Source: Eledone cirrhosa
Taxonomy: Eukaryota
Assembly: GCA_964016885.1 (NCBI GenBank)
Contig: OZ024758.1
Coordinates: forward strand, 36,766,001-36,830,000
Direction of reading: 5' to 3'
Length of the DNA: 64,000 nt
This document shows, one piece after another, positions 36,181 through 50,300 of the stretch. Numbering within the stretch: position 1 is the stretch's first letter; the number at the start of each line of letters is the position of its first letter. A program made the translations under genes and the position numbers. The notes beneath the pieces are model-generated. The model worked only from the letters and a program-made list of their open reading frames with translations. It did no database searches and had not been told where the DNA came from.

Positions 36181-39100
36181 GCTGTCAGAAGTAACTCCAC
36201 TGTTGGTGAGAATTCATTTAAGTTCATGGTATTAGCTGTCAGAAGTAACTCCACTGTTGGTGAGAATTCATTTAAGTTCATGGTACTAGCTGTCAGAAGT
36301 AACTCCAATGTTGGTGAGAATTCATTTAAGTTCATGGTATTAGCTGTCAGAAGGAACTCCACTGTTGGTGAGAATTCATTTAAGTTCATGGTATTAGCTG
36401 TCAGAAGTAACTCCACTGTTGGTGAGAATTCATTTAAGTTCATGGTACTAGCTGTCAGAAGTAACTCCACTGTTGGTGAGAATTCATTTAAGTTCATGGT
36501 ATTAGCTGTCAGAAGTAACTCCACTGTTGGTGAGAATTCATTTAAGTTCATGGTATTAGCTGTCAGAAGTAACTCCACTGTTGGTGAGAATTCATTTAAG
36601 TTCATGGTATTAGCTGTCAGAAGTAACTCCACTGTTGGTGAGAATTCATTTAAGTTCATGGTATTAGCTGTCAGAAGGAACTCCAATGTTGGTGAGAATT
36701 CATTTAAGTCATGGTATTAGCTGTCAGAAGTAACTCCACTGTTGGTGAGAATTCATTTAAGTTCATGGTACTAGCTGTCAGAAGTAACTCCACTGTTGGT
36801 GAGAATTCATTTAAGTTCATGGTATTAGCTGTCAGAAGTAACTCCACTGTTAGTGAGAATTCATTTAAGTTCATGGTACTAGCTGTCAGAAGTAACTCCA
36901 ATGTTGGTGAGAATTCAGTTAAGTTCATGGTATTAGCTGTCAGAAGGAACTCCACTGTTGGTGAGAATTCATTTAAGTTCATGGTATTAGCTGTCAGAAG
37001 TAACTCCACTGTTGGTGAGAATTCATTTAAGTTCATGGTACTAGCTGTCAGAAGTAACTCCACTGTTGGTGAGAATTCATTTAAGTTCATGGTACTAGCT
37101 GTCAGAAGTAACTCCACTGTTGGTGAGAATTCAGTTAAGTTCATGGTATTAGTTGTCAGAAGTAACTCCACTGTTGGTGAGAATTCATTTAAATCATGGT
37201 ATTAGTTGTCAGAAGTAACTCCAATGTTGGTGAGAATTCATTTAATTTCATGGTACGAGCTGTCAGAAGTAACTCCACTGTTGGTGAGAAATCATTTAAG
37301 TCATGGTATTAGTTGTCAGAAGTAACTCCAATGTTGGTGAGAATTCATTTAAGTTCATGGTACTAGCTGTCAGAAGTAACTCCACTGTTGGTGAGAATTC
37401 ATTTAAGTTCATGGTATTAGCTGTCAGAAGTAACTCCACTGTTGGTGAGAATTCATTTAAGTTCATGGTATTAGCTGTCAGAAGGAACTCCAATGTTGGT
37501 GAGAATTCATTTAAGTCATGGTACTAGCTGTCAGAAGTAACTCCACTGTTGGTGAGAATTCATTTACGTTCATGGTACTAGCTGTCAGAAGTAACTCCAC
37601 TGTTGGTGAGAATTCATTTAAGTTCATGGTACTAGCTGTCAGAAGTAACTCCACTGTTGGTGAGAATTCATTTAAGTTCACGGTACTAGCTGTCAGAAGT
37701 AACTCCACTGTTGGTGAGAATTCATTTAAGTTCACGGTACTAGCTGTCAGAAGTAACTCCACTGTTGGTGAGAATTCATTTAAGTTCATGGTATTAGTTT
37801 GTCAGAAGTAACTCCAATGTTGGTGAGAATTCATTTAAGTTCATGGTACTAGCTGTCAGAAGTAACTCCACTGTTGGTGAGAATTCATTTAAGTTCATGG
37901 TATTAGCTGTCAGAAGTAACTCCACTGTTGGTGAGAATTCATTTAAGTCATGGTATTAGCTGTCAGAAGTAACTCCAATGTTGGTGAGAATTCATTTAAG
38001 TCATGGTACTAGCTGTCAGAAGTAACTCCAATGTTGGTGAGAATTCAGTTAAGTTCATGGTATTAGCTGTCAGAAGGAACTCCACTGTTGGTGAGAATTC
38101 ATTTAAGTTCATGGTATTAGCTGTCAGAAGTAACTCCACTGTTGGTGAGAATTCATTTAAGTTCATGGTACTAGCTGTCAGAAGTAACTCCACTGTTGGT
38201 GAGAATTCATTTAAGTTCATGGTACTAGCTGTCAGAAGTAACTCCACTGTTGGTGAGAATTCATTTAAGTTCATGGTATTAGCTGTCAGAAGTAACTCCA
38301 CTGTTGGTGAGAATTCATTTAAGTTCACGGTACTAGCTGTCAGAAGTAACTCCACTGTTGGTGAGAATTCATTTAAGTTCATGGTATTAGTTGTCAGAAG
38401 TAACTCCAATGTTGGTGAGAATTCATTTAATTTCATGGTACGAGCTGTCAGAAGTAACTCCACTGTTGGTGAGAAATCATTTAAGTCATGGTATTAGTTG
38501 TCAGAAGTAACTCCAATGTTGGTGAGAATTCATTTAATTTCATGGTACTAGCTGTCAGAAGTAACTCCACTGTTGGTGAGAATTCATTTAAGTCATGGTA
38601 TTAGTTGTCAGAAGTAACTCCAATGTTGGTGAGAATTCATTTAAGTTCATGGTACTAGCTGTCAGAAGTAACTCCACTGTTGGTGAGAATTCATTTAAGT
38701 TCATGGTATTAGCTGTCAGAAGTAACTCCACTGTTGGTGAGAATTCATTTAAGTCATGGTATTAGTTGTCAGAAGTAACTCCAATGTTGGTGAGAATTCA
38801 TTTAAGTTCATGGTACTAGCTGTCAGAAGTAACTCCACTGTTGGTGAGAATTCATTTAAGTTCATGGTATTAGCTGTCAGAAGTAACTCCACTGTTGGTG
38901 AGAATTCATTTAAGTTCATGGTATTAGCTGTCAGAAGTAACTCCACTGTTGGTGAGAATTCATTTAAGTTCATGGTATTAGCTGTCAGAAGTAACTCCAC
39001 TGTTGGTGAGAATTCATTTAAGTTCATGGTATTAGCTGTCAGAAGTAACTCCAATGTTGGTGAGAATTCATTTAAGTCATGGTACTAGCTGTCAGAAGTA

Positions 39101-41420
39101 ACTCCACTGTTGGTGAGAATTCATTTAAGTTCATGGTATTAGCTGTCAGAAGTAACTCCACTGTTGGTGAGAATTCATTTAAGTTCATGGTACTAGCTGT
39201 CAGAAGTAACTCCAATGTTGGTGAGAATTCATTTAAGTTCATGGTATTAGCTGTCAGAAGGAACTCCACTGTTGGTGAGAATTCATTTAAGTTCATGGTA
39301 TTAGCTGTCAGAAGTAACTCCACTGTTGGTGAGAATTCATTTAAGTTCATGGTACTAGCTGTCAGAAGTAACTCCACTGTTGGTGAGAATTCATTTAAGT
39401 TCATGGTATTAGCTGTCAGAAGTAACTCCACTGTTGGTGAGAATTCATTTAAGTTCATGGTATTAGCTGTCAGAAGTAACTCCACTGTTGGTGAGAATTC
39501 ATTTAAGTTCATGGTATTAGCTGTCAGAAGTAACTCCACTGTTGGTGAGAATTCATTTAAGTTCATGGTATTAGCTGTCAGAAGGAACTCCAATGTTGGT
39601 GAGAATTCATTTAAGTCATGGTATTAGCTGTCAGAAGTAACTCCACTGTTGGTGAGAATTCATTTAAGTTCATGGTACTAGCTGTCAGAAGTAACTCCAC
39701 TGTTGGTGAGAATTCATTTAAGTTCATGGTATTAGCTGTCAGAAGTAACTCCACTGTTAGTGAGAATTCATTTAAGTTCATGGTACTAGCTGTCAGAAGT
39801 AACTCCAATGTTGGTGAGAATTCAGTTAAGTTCATGGTATTAGCTGTCAGAAGGAACTCCACTGTTGGTGAGAATTCATTTAAGTTCATGGTATTAGCTG
39901 TCAGAAGTAACTCCACTGTTGGTGAGAATTCATTTAAGTTCATGGTACTAGCTGTCAGAAGTAACTCCACTGTTGGTGAGAATTCATTTAAGTTCATGGT
40001 ACTAGCTGTCAGAAGTAACTCCACTGTTGGTGAGAATTCAGTTAAGTTCATGGTATTAGTTGTCAGAAGTAACTCCACTGTTGGTGAGAATTCATTTAAA
40101 TCATGGTATTAGTTGTCAGAAGTAACTCCAATGTTGGTGAGAATTCATTTAATTTCATGGTACGAGCTGTCAGAAGTAACTCCACTGTTGGTGAGAAATC
40201 ATTTAAGTCATGGTATTAGTTGTCAGAAGTAACTCCAATGTTGGTGAGAATTCATTTAAGTTCATGGTACTAGCTGTCAGAAGTAACTCCACTGTTGGTG
40301 AGAATTCATTTAAGTTCATGGTATTAGCTGTCAGAAGTAACTCCACTGTTGGTGAGAATTCATTTAAGTTCATGGTATTAGCTGTCAGAAGGAACTCCAA
40401 TGTTGGTGAGAATTCATTTAAGTCATGGTACTAGCTGTCAGAAGTAACTCCACTGTTGGTGAGAATTCATTTACGTTCATGGTACTAGCTGTCAGAAGTA
40501 ACTCCACTGTTGGTGAGAATTCATTTAAGTTCATGGTACTAGCTGTCAGAAGTAACTCCACTGTTGGTGAGAATTCATTTAAGTTCACGGTACTAGCTGT
40601 CAGAAGTAACTCCACTGTTGGTGAGAATTCATTTAAGTTCACGGTACTAGCTGTCAGAAGTAACTCCACTGTTGGTGAGAATTCATTTAAGTTCATGGTA
40701 TTAGTTTGTCAGAAGTAACTCCAATGTTGGTGAGAATTCATTTAAGTTCATGGTACTAGCTGTCAGAAGTAACTCCACTGTTGGTGAGAATTCATTTAAG
40801 TTCATGGTATTAGCTGTCAGAAGTAACTCCACTGTTGGTGAGAATTCATTTAAGTCATGGTATTAGCTGTCAGAAGTAACTCCAATGTTGGTGAGAATTC
40901 ATTTAAGTCATGGTACTAGCTGTCAGAAGTAACTCCAATGTTGGTGAGAATTCAGTTAAGTTCATGGTATTAGCTGTCAGAAGGAACTCCACTGTTGGTG
41001 AGAATTCATTTAAGTTCATGGTATTAGCTGTCAGAAGTAACTCCACTGTTGGTGAGAATTCATTTAAGTTCATGGTACTAGCTGTCAGAAGTAACTCCAC
41101 TGTTGGTGAGAATTCATTTAAGTTCATGGTACTAGCTGTCAGAAGTAACTCCACTGTTGGTGAGAATTCATTTAAGTTCATGGTATTAGCTGTCAGAAGT
41201 AACTCCACTGTTGGTGAGAATTCATTTAAGTTCACGGTACTAGCTGTCAGAAGTAACTCCACTGTTGGTGAGAATTCATTTAAGTTCATGGTATTAGTTG
41301 TCAGAAGTAACTCCAATGTTGGTGAGAATTCATTTAATTTCATGGTACGAGCTGTCAGAAGTAACTCCACTGTTGGTGAGAAATCATTTAAGTCATGGTA
41401 TTAGTTGTCAGAAGTAACTC
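35600..41420. repeat. 2,907-bp (54-monomer) near-perfect tandem duplication
   Basis: The offset is 2,907 for 35842/38749, 36165/39072, 36704/39611, 37296/40203, 37511/40418 and 37996/40903. The private marker TGTTAGTGAG occurs at ~36851 and ~39758. Confidence 0.92.
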
Positions 41421-44400
41421 CAATGTTGGTGAGAATTCATTTAAGTTCATGGTACTAGCTGTCAGAAGTAACTCCACTGTTGGTGAGAATTCATTTAAGT
41501 TCATGGTATTAGCTGTCAGAAGTAACTCCACTGTTGGTGAGAATTCATTTAAGTCATGGTATTAGTTGTCAGAAGTAACTCCAATGTTGGTGAGAATTCA
41601 TTTAAGTTCATGGTACTAGCTGTCAGAAGTAACTCCACTGTTGGTGAGAATTCATTTAAGTTCATGGTATTAGCTGTCAGAAGTAACTCCACTGTTGGTG
41701 AGAATTCATTTAAGTTCATGGTACTAGCTGTCAGAAGTAACTCCAATGTTGGTGAGAATTCATTTAATTTCATGGTACTAGCTGTCAGAAGTAACTCCAC
41801 TGTTGGTGAGAATTCATTTAAGTCATGGTATTAGTTGTCAGAAGTAACTCCAATGTTGGTGAGAATTCATTTAAGTTCATGGTACTAGCTGTCAGAAGTA
41901 ACTCCACTGTTGGTGAGAATTCATTTAAGTTCATGGTATTAGCTGTCAGAAGTAACTCCACTGTTGGTGAGAATTCATTTAAGTCATGGTATTAGTTGTC
42001 AGAAGTAACTCCAATGTTGGTGAGAATTCATTTAAGTTCATGGTACTAGCTGTCAGAAGTAACTCCACTGTTGGTGAGAATTCATTTAAGTTCATGGTAT
42101 TAGCTGTCAGAAGTAACTCCACTGTTGGTGAGAATTCATTTAAGTTCATGGTATTAGCTGTCAGAAGTAACTCCACTGTTGGTGAGAATTCATTTAAGTT
42201 CATGGTATTAGCTGTCAGAAGTAACTCCACTGTTGGTGAGAATTCATTTAAGTTCATGGTATTAGCTGTCAGAAGTAACTCCAATGTTGGTGAGAATTCA
42301 TTTAAGTCATGGTACTATCTGTCAGAAGTAACTCCACTGTTGGTGAGAATTCATTTAAGTTCATGGTATTAGCTGTCAGAAGTAACTCCACTGTTGGTGA
42401 GAATTCATTTAAGTTCATGGTACTAGCTGTCAGAAGTAACTCCAATGTTGGTGAGAATTCATTTAAGTTCATGGTATTAGCTGTCAGAAGGAACTCCACT
42501 GTTGGTGAGAATTCATTTAAGTTCATGGTATTAGCTGTCAGAAGTAACTCCACTGTTGGTGAGAATTCATTTAAGTTCATGGTACTAGCTGTCAGAAGTA
42601 ACTCCACTGTTGGTGAGAATTCATTTAAGTTCATGGTATTAGCTGTCAGAAGTAACTCCACTGTTGGTGAGAATTCATTTAAGTTCATGGTATTAGCTGT
42701 CAGAAGTAACTCCACTGTTGGTGAGAATTCATTTAAGTTCATGGTATTAGCTGTCAGAAGTAACTCCACTGTTGGTGAGAATTCATTTAAGTTCATGGTA
42801 TTAGCTGTCAGAAGGAACTCCAATGTTGGTGAGAATTCATTTAAGTCATGGTATTAGCTGTCAGAAGTAACTCCACTGTTGGTGAGAATTCATTTAAGTT
42901 CATGGTATTAGCTGTCAGAAGTAACTCCACTGTTGGTGAGAATTCATTTAAGTTCATGGTACTAGCTGTCAGAAGTAACTCCAATGTTGGTGAGAATTCA
43001 GTTAAGTTCATGGTATTAGCTGTCAGAAGGAACTCCACTGTTGGTGAGAATTCATTTAAGTTCATGGTATTAGCTGTCAGAAGTAACTCCACTGTTGGTG
43101 AGAATTCATTTAAGTTCATGGTACTAGCTGTCAGAAGTAACACCACTGTTGGTGAGAATTCATTTAAGTTCATGGTACTAGCTGTCAGAAGTAACTCCAC
43201 TGTTGGTGAGAATTCAGTTAAGTTCATGGTATTAGTTGTCAGAAGTAACTCCACTGTTGGTGAGAATTCATTTAAATCATGGTATTAGTTGTCAGAAGTA
43301 ACTCCAATGTTGGTGAGAATTCATTTAATTTCATGGTACCAGCTGTCAGAAGTAACTCCACTGTTGGTGAGAAATCATTTAAGTCATGGTATTAGTTGTC
43401 AGAAGTAACTCCAATGTTGGTGAGAATTCATTTAAGTTCATGGTACTAGCTGTCAGAAGTAACTCCACTGTTGGTGAGAATTCATTTAAGTTCATGGTAT
43501 TAGCTGTCAGAAGTAACTCCACTGTTGGTGAGAATTCATTTAAGTCATGGTATTAGTTGTCAGAAGTAACTCCAATGTTGGTGAGAATTCATTTAAGTTC
43601 ATGGTACTAGCTGTCAGAAGTAACTCCACTGTTGGTGAGAATTCATTTAAGTTCATGGTATTAGCTGTCAGAAGTAACTCCACTGTTGGTGAGAATTCAT
43701 TTAAGTTCATGGTACTAACTGTCAGAAGTAACTCCACTGTTGGTGAGAATTCATTTAAGTTCATGGTACTAGCTGTCAGAAGTAACTCCACTGTTGGTGA
43801 GAATTCAGTTAAGTTCATGGTATTAGCTGTCAGAAGTAACTCCAATGTTGGTGAGAATTCATTTAAGTCATGGTACTAGCTGTCAGAAGTAACTCCAATG
43901 TTGGTGAGAATTCAGTTAAGTTCATGGTATTAGCTGTCAGAAGGAACTCCACTGTTGGTGAGAATTCATTTAAGTTCATGGTATTAGCTGTCAGAAGTAA
44001 CTCCACTGTTGGTGAGAATTCATTTAAGTTCATGGTACTAGCTGTCAGAAGTAACTCCACTGTTGGTGAGAATTCATTTAAGTTCATGGTACTAGCTGTC
44101 AGAAGTAACTCCACTGTTGGTGAGAATTCATTTAAGTTCATGGTATTAGCTGTCAGAAGTAACTCCACTGTTGGTGAGAATTCATTTAAGTTCACGGTAC
44201 TAGCTGTCAGAAGTAACTCCACTGTTGGTGAGAATTCATTTAAGTTCATGGTATTAGTTTGTCAGAAGTAACTCCAATGTTGGTGAGAATTCATTTAAGT
44301 TCATGGTACTAGCTGTCAGAAGTAACTCCACTGTTGGTGAGAATTCATTTAAGTTCATGGTATTAGCTGTCAGAAGTAACTCCACTGTTGGTGAGAATTC

Positions 44401-47380
44401 ATTTAAGTCATGGTATTAGCTGTCAGAAGTAACTCCAATGTTGGTGAGAATTCATTTAAGTCATGGTACTAGCTGTCAGAAGTAACTCCAATGTTGGTGA
44501 GAATTCAGTTAAGTTCATGGTATTAGCTGTCAGAAGGAACTCCACTGTTGGTGAGAATTCATTTAAGTTCATGGTATTAGCTGTCAGAAGTAACTCCACT
44601 GTTGGTGAGAATTCATTTAAGTTCATGGTACTAGCTGTCAGAAGTAACTCCACTGTTGGTGAGAATTCATTTAAGTTCATGGTACTAGCTGTCAGAAGTA
44701 ACTCCACTGTTGGTGAGAATTCAGTTAAGTTCATGGTATTAGTTGTCAGAAGTAACTCCACTGTTGGTGAGAATTCATTTAAATCATGGTATTAGTTGTC
44801 AGAAGTAACTCCAATGTTGGTGAGAATTCATTTAATTTCATGGTACGAGCTGTCAGAAGTAACTCCACTGTTGGTGAGAAATCATTTAAGTCATGGTATT
44901 AGTTGTCAGAAGTAACTCCAATGTTGGTGAGAATTCATTTAAGTTCATGGTACTAGCTGTCAGAAGTAACTCCACTGTTGGTGAGAATTCATTTAAGTTC
45001 ATGGTATTAGCTGTCAGAAGTAACTCCACTGTTGGTGAGAATTCATTTAAGTCATGGTATTAGTTGTCAGAAGTAACTCCAATGTTGGTGAGAATTCATT
45101 TAAGTTCATGGTACTAGCTGTCAGAAGTAACTCCACTGTTGGTGAGAATTCATTTAAGTTCATGGTATTAGCTGTCAGAAGTAACTCCACTGTTGGTGAG
45201 AATTCATTTAAGTTCATGGTACTAGCTGTCAGAAGTAACTCCAATGTTGGTGAGAATTCATTTAATTTCATGGTACTAGCTGTCAGAAGTAACTCCACTG
45301 TTGGTGAGAATTCATTTAAGTCATGGTATTAGTTGTCAGAAGTAACTCCAATGTTGGTGAGAATTCATTTAAGTTCATGGTACTAGCTGTCAGAAGTAAC
45401 TCCACTGTTGGTGAGAATTCATTTAAGTTCATGGTATTAGCTGTCAGAAGTAACTCCACTGTTGGTGAGAATTCATTTAAGTCATGGTATTAGTTGTCAG
45501 AAGTAACTCCAATGTTGGTGAGAATTCATTTAAGTTCATGGTACTAGCTGTCAGAAGTAACTCCACTGTTGGTGAGAATTCATTTAAGTTCATGGTATTA
45601 GCTGTCAGAAGTAACTCCACTGTTGGTGAGAATTCATTTAAGTTCATGGTATTAGCTGTCAGAAGTAACTCCACTGTTGGTGAGAATTCATTTAAGTTCA
45701 TGGTATTAGCTGTCAGAAGTAACTCCACTGTTGGTGAGAATTCATTTAAGTTCATGGTATTAGCTGTCAGAAGTAACTCCAATGTTGGTGAGAATTCATT
45801 TAAGTCATGGTACTAGCTGTCAGAAGTAACTCCACTGTTGGTGAGAATTCATTTAAGTTCATGGTATTAGCTGTCAGAAGTAACTCCACTGTTGGTGAGA
45901 ATTCATTTAAGTTCATGGTACTAGCTGTCAGAAGTAACTCCAATGTTGGTGAGAATTCATTTAAGTTCATGGTATTAGCTGTCAGAAGGAACTCCACTGT
46001 TGGTGAGAATTCATTTAAGTTCATGGTATTAGCTGTCAGAAGTAACTCCACTGTTGGTGAGAATTCATTTAAGTTCATGGTACTAGCTGTCAGAAGTAAC
46101 TCCACTGTTGGTGAGAATTCATTTAAGTTCATGGTATTAGCTGTCAGAAGTAACTCCACTGTTGGTGAGAATTCATTTAAGTTCATGGTATTAGCTGTCA
46201 GAAGTAACTCCACTGTTGGTGAGAATTCATTTAAGTTCATGGTATTAGCTGTCAGAAGTAACTCCACTGTTGGTGAGAATTCATTTAAGTTCATGGTATT
46301 AGCTGTCAGAAGGAACTCCAATGTTGGTGAGAATTCATTTAAGTCATGGTATTAGCTGTCAGAAGTAACTCCACTGTTGGTGAGAATTCATTTAAGTTCA
46401 TGGTACTAGCTGTCAGAAGTAACTCCACTGTTGGTGAGAATTCATTTAAGTTCATGGTATTAGCTGTCAGAAGTAACTCCACTGTTGGTGAGAATTCATT
46501 TAAGTTCATGGTACTAGCTGTCAGAAGTAACTCCAATGTTGGTGAGAATTCAGTTAAGTTCATGGTATTAGCTGTCAGAAGGAACTCCACTGTTGGTGAG
46601 AATTCATTTAAGTTCATGGTATTAGCTGTCAGAAGTAACTCCACTGTTGGTGAGAATTCATTTAAGTTCATGGTACTAGCTGTCAGAAGTAACACCACTG
46701 TTGGTGAGAATTCATTTAAGTTCATGGTACTAGCTGTCAGAAGTAACTCCACTGTTGGTGAGAATTCAGTTAAGTTCATGGTATTAGTTGTCAGAAGTAA
46801 CTCCACTGTTGGTGAGAATTCATTTAAATCATGGTATTAGTTGTCAGAAGTAACTCCAATGTTGGTGAGAATTCATTTAATTTCATGGTACGAGCTGTCA
46901 GAAGTAACTCCACTGTTGGTGAGAAATCATTTAAGTCATGGTATTAGTTGTCAGAAGTAACTCCAATGTTGGTGAGAATTCATTTAAGTTCATGGTACTA
47001 GCTGTCAGAAGTAACTCCACTGTTGGTGAGAATTCATTTAAGTTCATGGTATTAGCTGTCAGAAGTAACTCCACTGTTGGTGAGAATTCATTTAAGTCAT
47101 GGTATTAGTTGTCAGAAGTAACTCCAATGTTGGTGAGAATTCATTTAAGTTCATGGTACTAGCTGTCAGAAGTAACTCCACTGTTGGTGAGAATTCATTT
47201 AAGTTCATGGTATTAGCTGTCAGAAGTAACTCCACTGTTGTTGAGAATTCATTTAAGTTCATGGTACTAGCTGTCAGAAGTAACTCCACTGTTGGTGAGA
47301 ATTCATTTAAGTTCATGGTACTAGCTGTCAGAAGTAACTCCACTGTTGGTGAGAATTCAGTTAAGTTCATGGTATTAGTT
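41300..47380. repeat. Duplication with a 3,498/3,552-bp offset
   Basis: The offset is 3,498 for 41549/45047, 41979/45477, 42302/45800 and 42841/46339, and 3,552 for 43540/47092. The marker AACACCAC occurs at ~43139 and ~46691. Confidence 0.87.
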
Positions 47381-50300
47381 GTCAGAAGTAACTCCACTGT
47401 TGGTGAGAATTCATTTAAATCATGGTATTAGTTGTCAGAAGTAACTCCAATGTTGGTGAGAATTCATTTAATTTCATGGTACTAGCTGTCAGAAGTAACT
47501 CCACTGTTGGTGAGAATTCATTTAAGTCATGGTATTAGTTGTCAGAAGTAACTCCAATGTTGGTGAGAATTCATTTAAGTTCATGGTACTAGCTGTCAGA
47601 AGTAACTCCACTGTTGGTGAGAATTCATTTAAGTTCATGGTATTAGCTGTCAGAAGTAACTCCACTGTTGGTGAGAATTCATTTAAGTCATGGTATTAGT
47701 TGTCAGAAGTAACTCCAATGTTGGTGAGAATTCATTTAAGTTCATGGTACTAGCTGTCAGAAGTAACTCCACTGTTGGTGAGAATTCATTTAAGTTCATG
47801 GTATTAGCTGTCAGAAGTAACTCCACTGTTGGTGAGAATTCATTTAAGTTCATGGTATTAGCTGTCAGAAGTAACTCCACTGTTGGTGAGAATTCATTTA
47901 AGTTCATGGTATTAGCTGTCAGAAGTAACTCCACTGTTGGTGAGAATTCATTTAAGTTCATGGTATTAGCTGTCAGAAGGAACTCCAATGTTGGTGAGAA
48001 TTCATTTAAGTCATGGTACTAGCTGTCAGAAGTAACTCCACTGTTGGTGAGAATTCATTTAAGTTCATGGTATTAGCTGTCAGAAGTAACTCCACTGTTG
48101 GTGAGAATTCATTTAAGTTCATGGTACTAGCTGTCAGAAGTAACTCCAATGTTGGTGAGAATTCATTTAAGTTCATGGTATTAGCTGTCAGAAGGAACTC
48201 CACTGTTGGTGAGAATTCATTTAAGTTCATGGTATTAGCTGTCAGAAGTAACTCCACTGTTGGTGAGAATTCATTTAAGTTCATGGTACTAGTTGTCAGA
48301 AGTAACTCCACTGTTGGTGAGAATTCATTTAAATTCATGTTACTAGCTGTCAGAAGTAACTCCACTGTTGGTGAGAATTCATTTAAGTTCATGGTATTAG
48401 TTTGTCAGAAGTAACTCCACTGTTGGTGAGAATTCATTTAAGTTCATGGTATTAGCTGTCAGAAGTAACTCCACTGTTGGTGAGAATTCATTTAAGTTCA
48501 TGGTACTAGCTGTCAGAAGTAACTCCAATGTTGGTGAGAATTCATTTAAGTTCATGGTATTAGCTGTCAGAAGTAACTCCACTGTTGGTGAGAATTCATT
48601 TAAGTCATGGTATTAGCTGTCAGAAGTAACTCCAATGTTGGTGAGAATTCATTTAAGTTCATGGTATTAGCTGTCAGAAGTAACTCCACTGTTGGTGAGA
48701 ATTCATTTAAGTTCACGGTACTAGCTGTCAGAAGTAACTCCACTGTTGGTGAGAATTCATTTAAGTTCATGGTATTAGTTTGTCAGAAGTAACTCCAATG
48801 TTGGTGAGAATTCATTTAAGTTCATGGTACTAGCTGTCAGAAGTAACTCCACTGTTGGTGAGAATTCATTTAAGTTCATGGTATTAGCTGTCAGAAGTAA
48901 CTCCACTGTTGGTGAGAATTCATTTAAGTCATGGTATTAGCTGTCAGAAGTAACTCCAATGTTGGTGAGAATTCATTTAAGTCATGGTACTAGCTGTCAG
49001 AAGTAACTCCAATGTTGGTGAGAATTCAGTTAAGTTCATGGTATTAGCTGTCAGAAGGAACTCCACTGTTGGTGAGAATTCATTTAAGTTCATGGTATTA
49101 GCTGTCAGAAGTGACTCCACTGTTGGTGAGAATTCATTTAAGTTCATGGTACTAGCTGTCAGAAGTAACTCCACTGTTGGTGAGAATTCATTTAAGTTCA
49201 TGGTACTAGCTGTCAGAAGTAACTCCACTGTTGGTGAGAATTCAGTTAAGTTCATGGTATTAGTTGTCAGAAGTAACTCCACTGTTGGTGAGAATTCATT
49301 TAAATCATGGTATTAGTTGTCAGAAGTAACTCCAATGTTGGTGAGAATTCATTTAATTTCATGGTACGAGCTGTCAGAAGTAACTCCACTGTTGGTGAGA
49401 AATCATTTAAGTCATGGTATTAGTTGTCAGAAGTAACTCCAATGTTGGTGAGAATTCATTTAAGTTCATGGTACTAGCTGTCAGAAGTAACTCCACTGTT
49501 GGTGAGAATTCATTTAAGTTCATGGTATTAGCTGTCAGAAGTAACTCCACTGTTGGTGAGAATTCATTTAAGTCATGGTATTAGTTGTCAGAAGTAACTC
49601 CAATGTTGGTGAGAATTCAGTTAAGTTCATGGTATTAGCTGTCAGAAGTAACTCCACTGTTGGTGAGAATTCATTTAAGTTCATGGTACTAGCTGTCAGA
49701 AGTAACTCCACTGTTGGTGAGAATTCATTTAAGTTCATGGTACTAGCTGTCAGAAGTAACTCCACTGTTGGTGAGAATTCAGTTAAGTTCATGGTATTAG
49801 TTGTCAGAAGTAACTCCACTGTTGGTGAGAATTCATTTAAATCATGGTATTAGTTGTCAGAAGTAACTCCAATGTTGTTGAGAATTCATTTAATTTCATG
49901 GTACTAGCTGTCAGAAGTAACTCCACTGTTGGTGAGAATTCATTTAAGTCATGGTATTAGTTGTCAGAAGTAACTCCAATGTTGGTGAGAATTCATTTAA
50001 GTTCATGGTACTAGCTGTCAGAAGTAACTCCACTGTTGGTGAGAATTCATTTAAGTTCATGGTATTAGCTGTCAGAAGTAACTCCACTGTTGGTGAGAAT
50101 TCATTTAAGTCATGGTATTAGTTGTCAGAAGTAACTCCAATGTTGGTGAGAATTCATTTAAGTTCATGGTACTAGCTGTCAGAAGTAACTCCACTGTTGG
50201 TGAGAATTCATTTAAGATCATGGTATTAGCTGTCAGAAGTAACTCCACTGTTGGTGAGAATTCATTTAAGTTCATGGTATTAGCTGTCAGAAGTAACTCC

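Noticed and set aside
35600-41420. Duplication of 54 monomers of 54 bp as a meaningful number
   Set aside because: This is a coincidence. Other duplications span 8, 33, 64, 65 and ~167 monomers.
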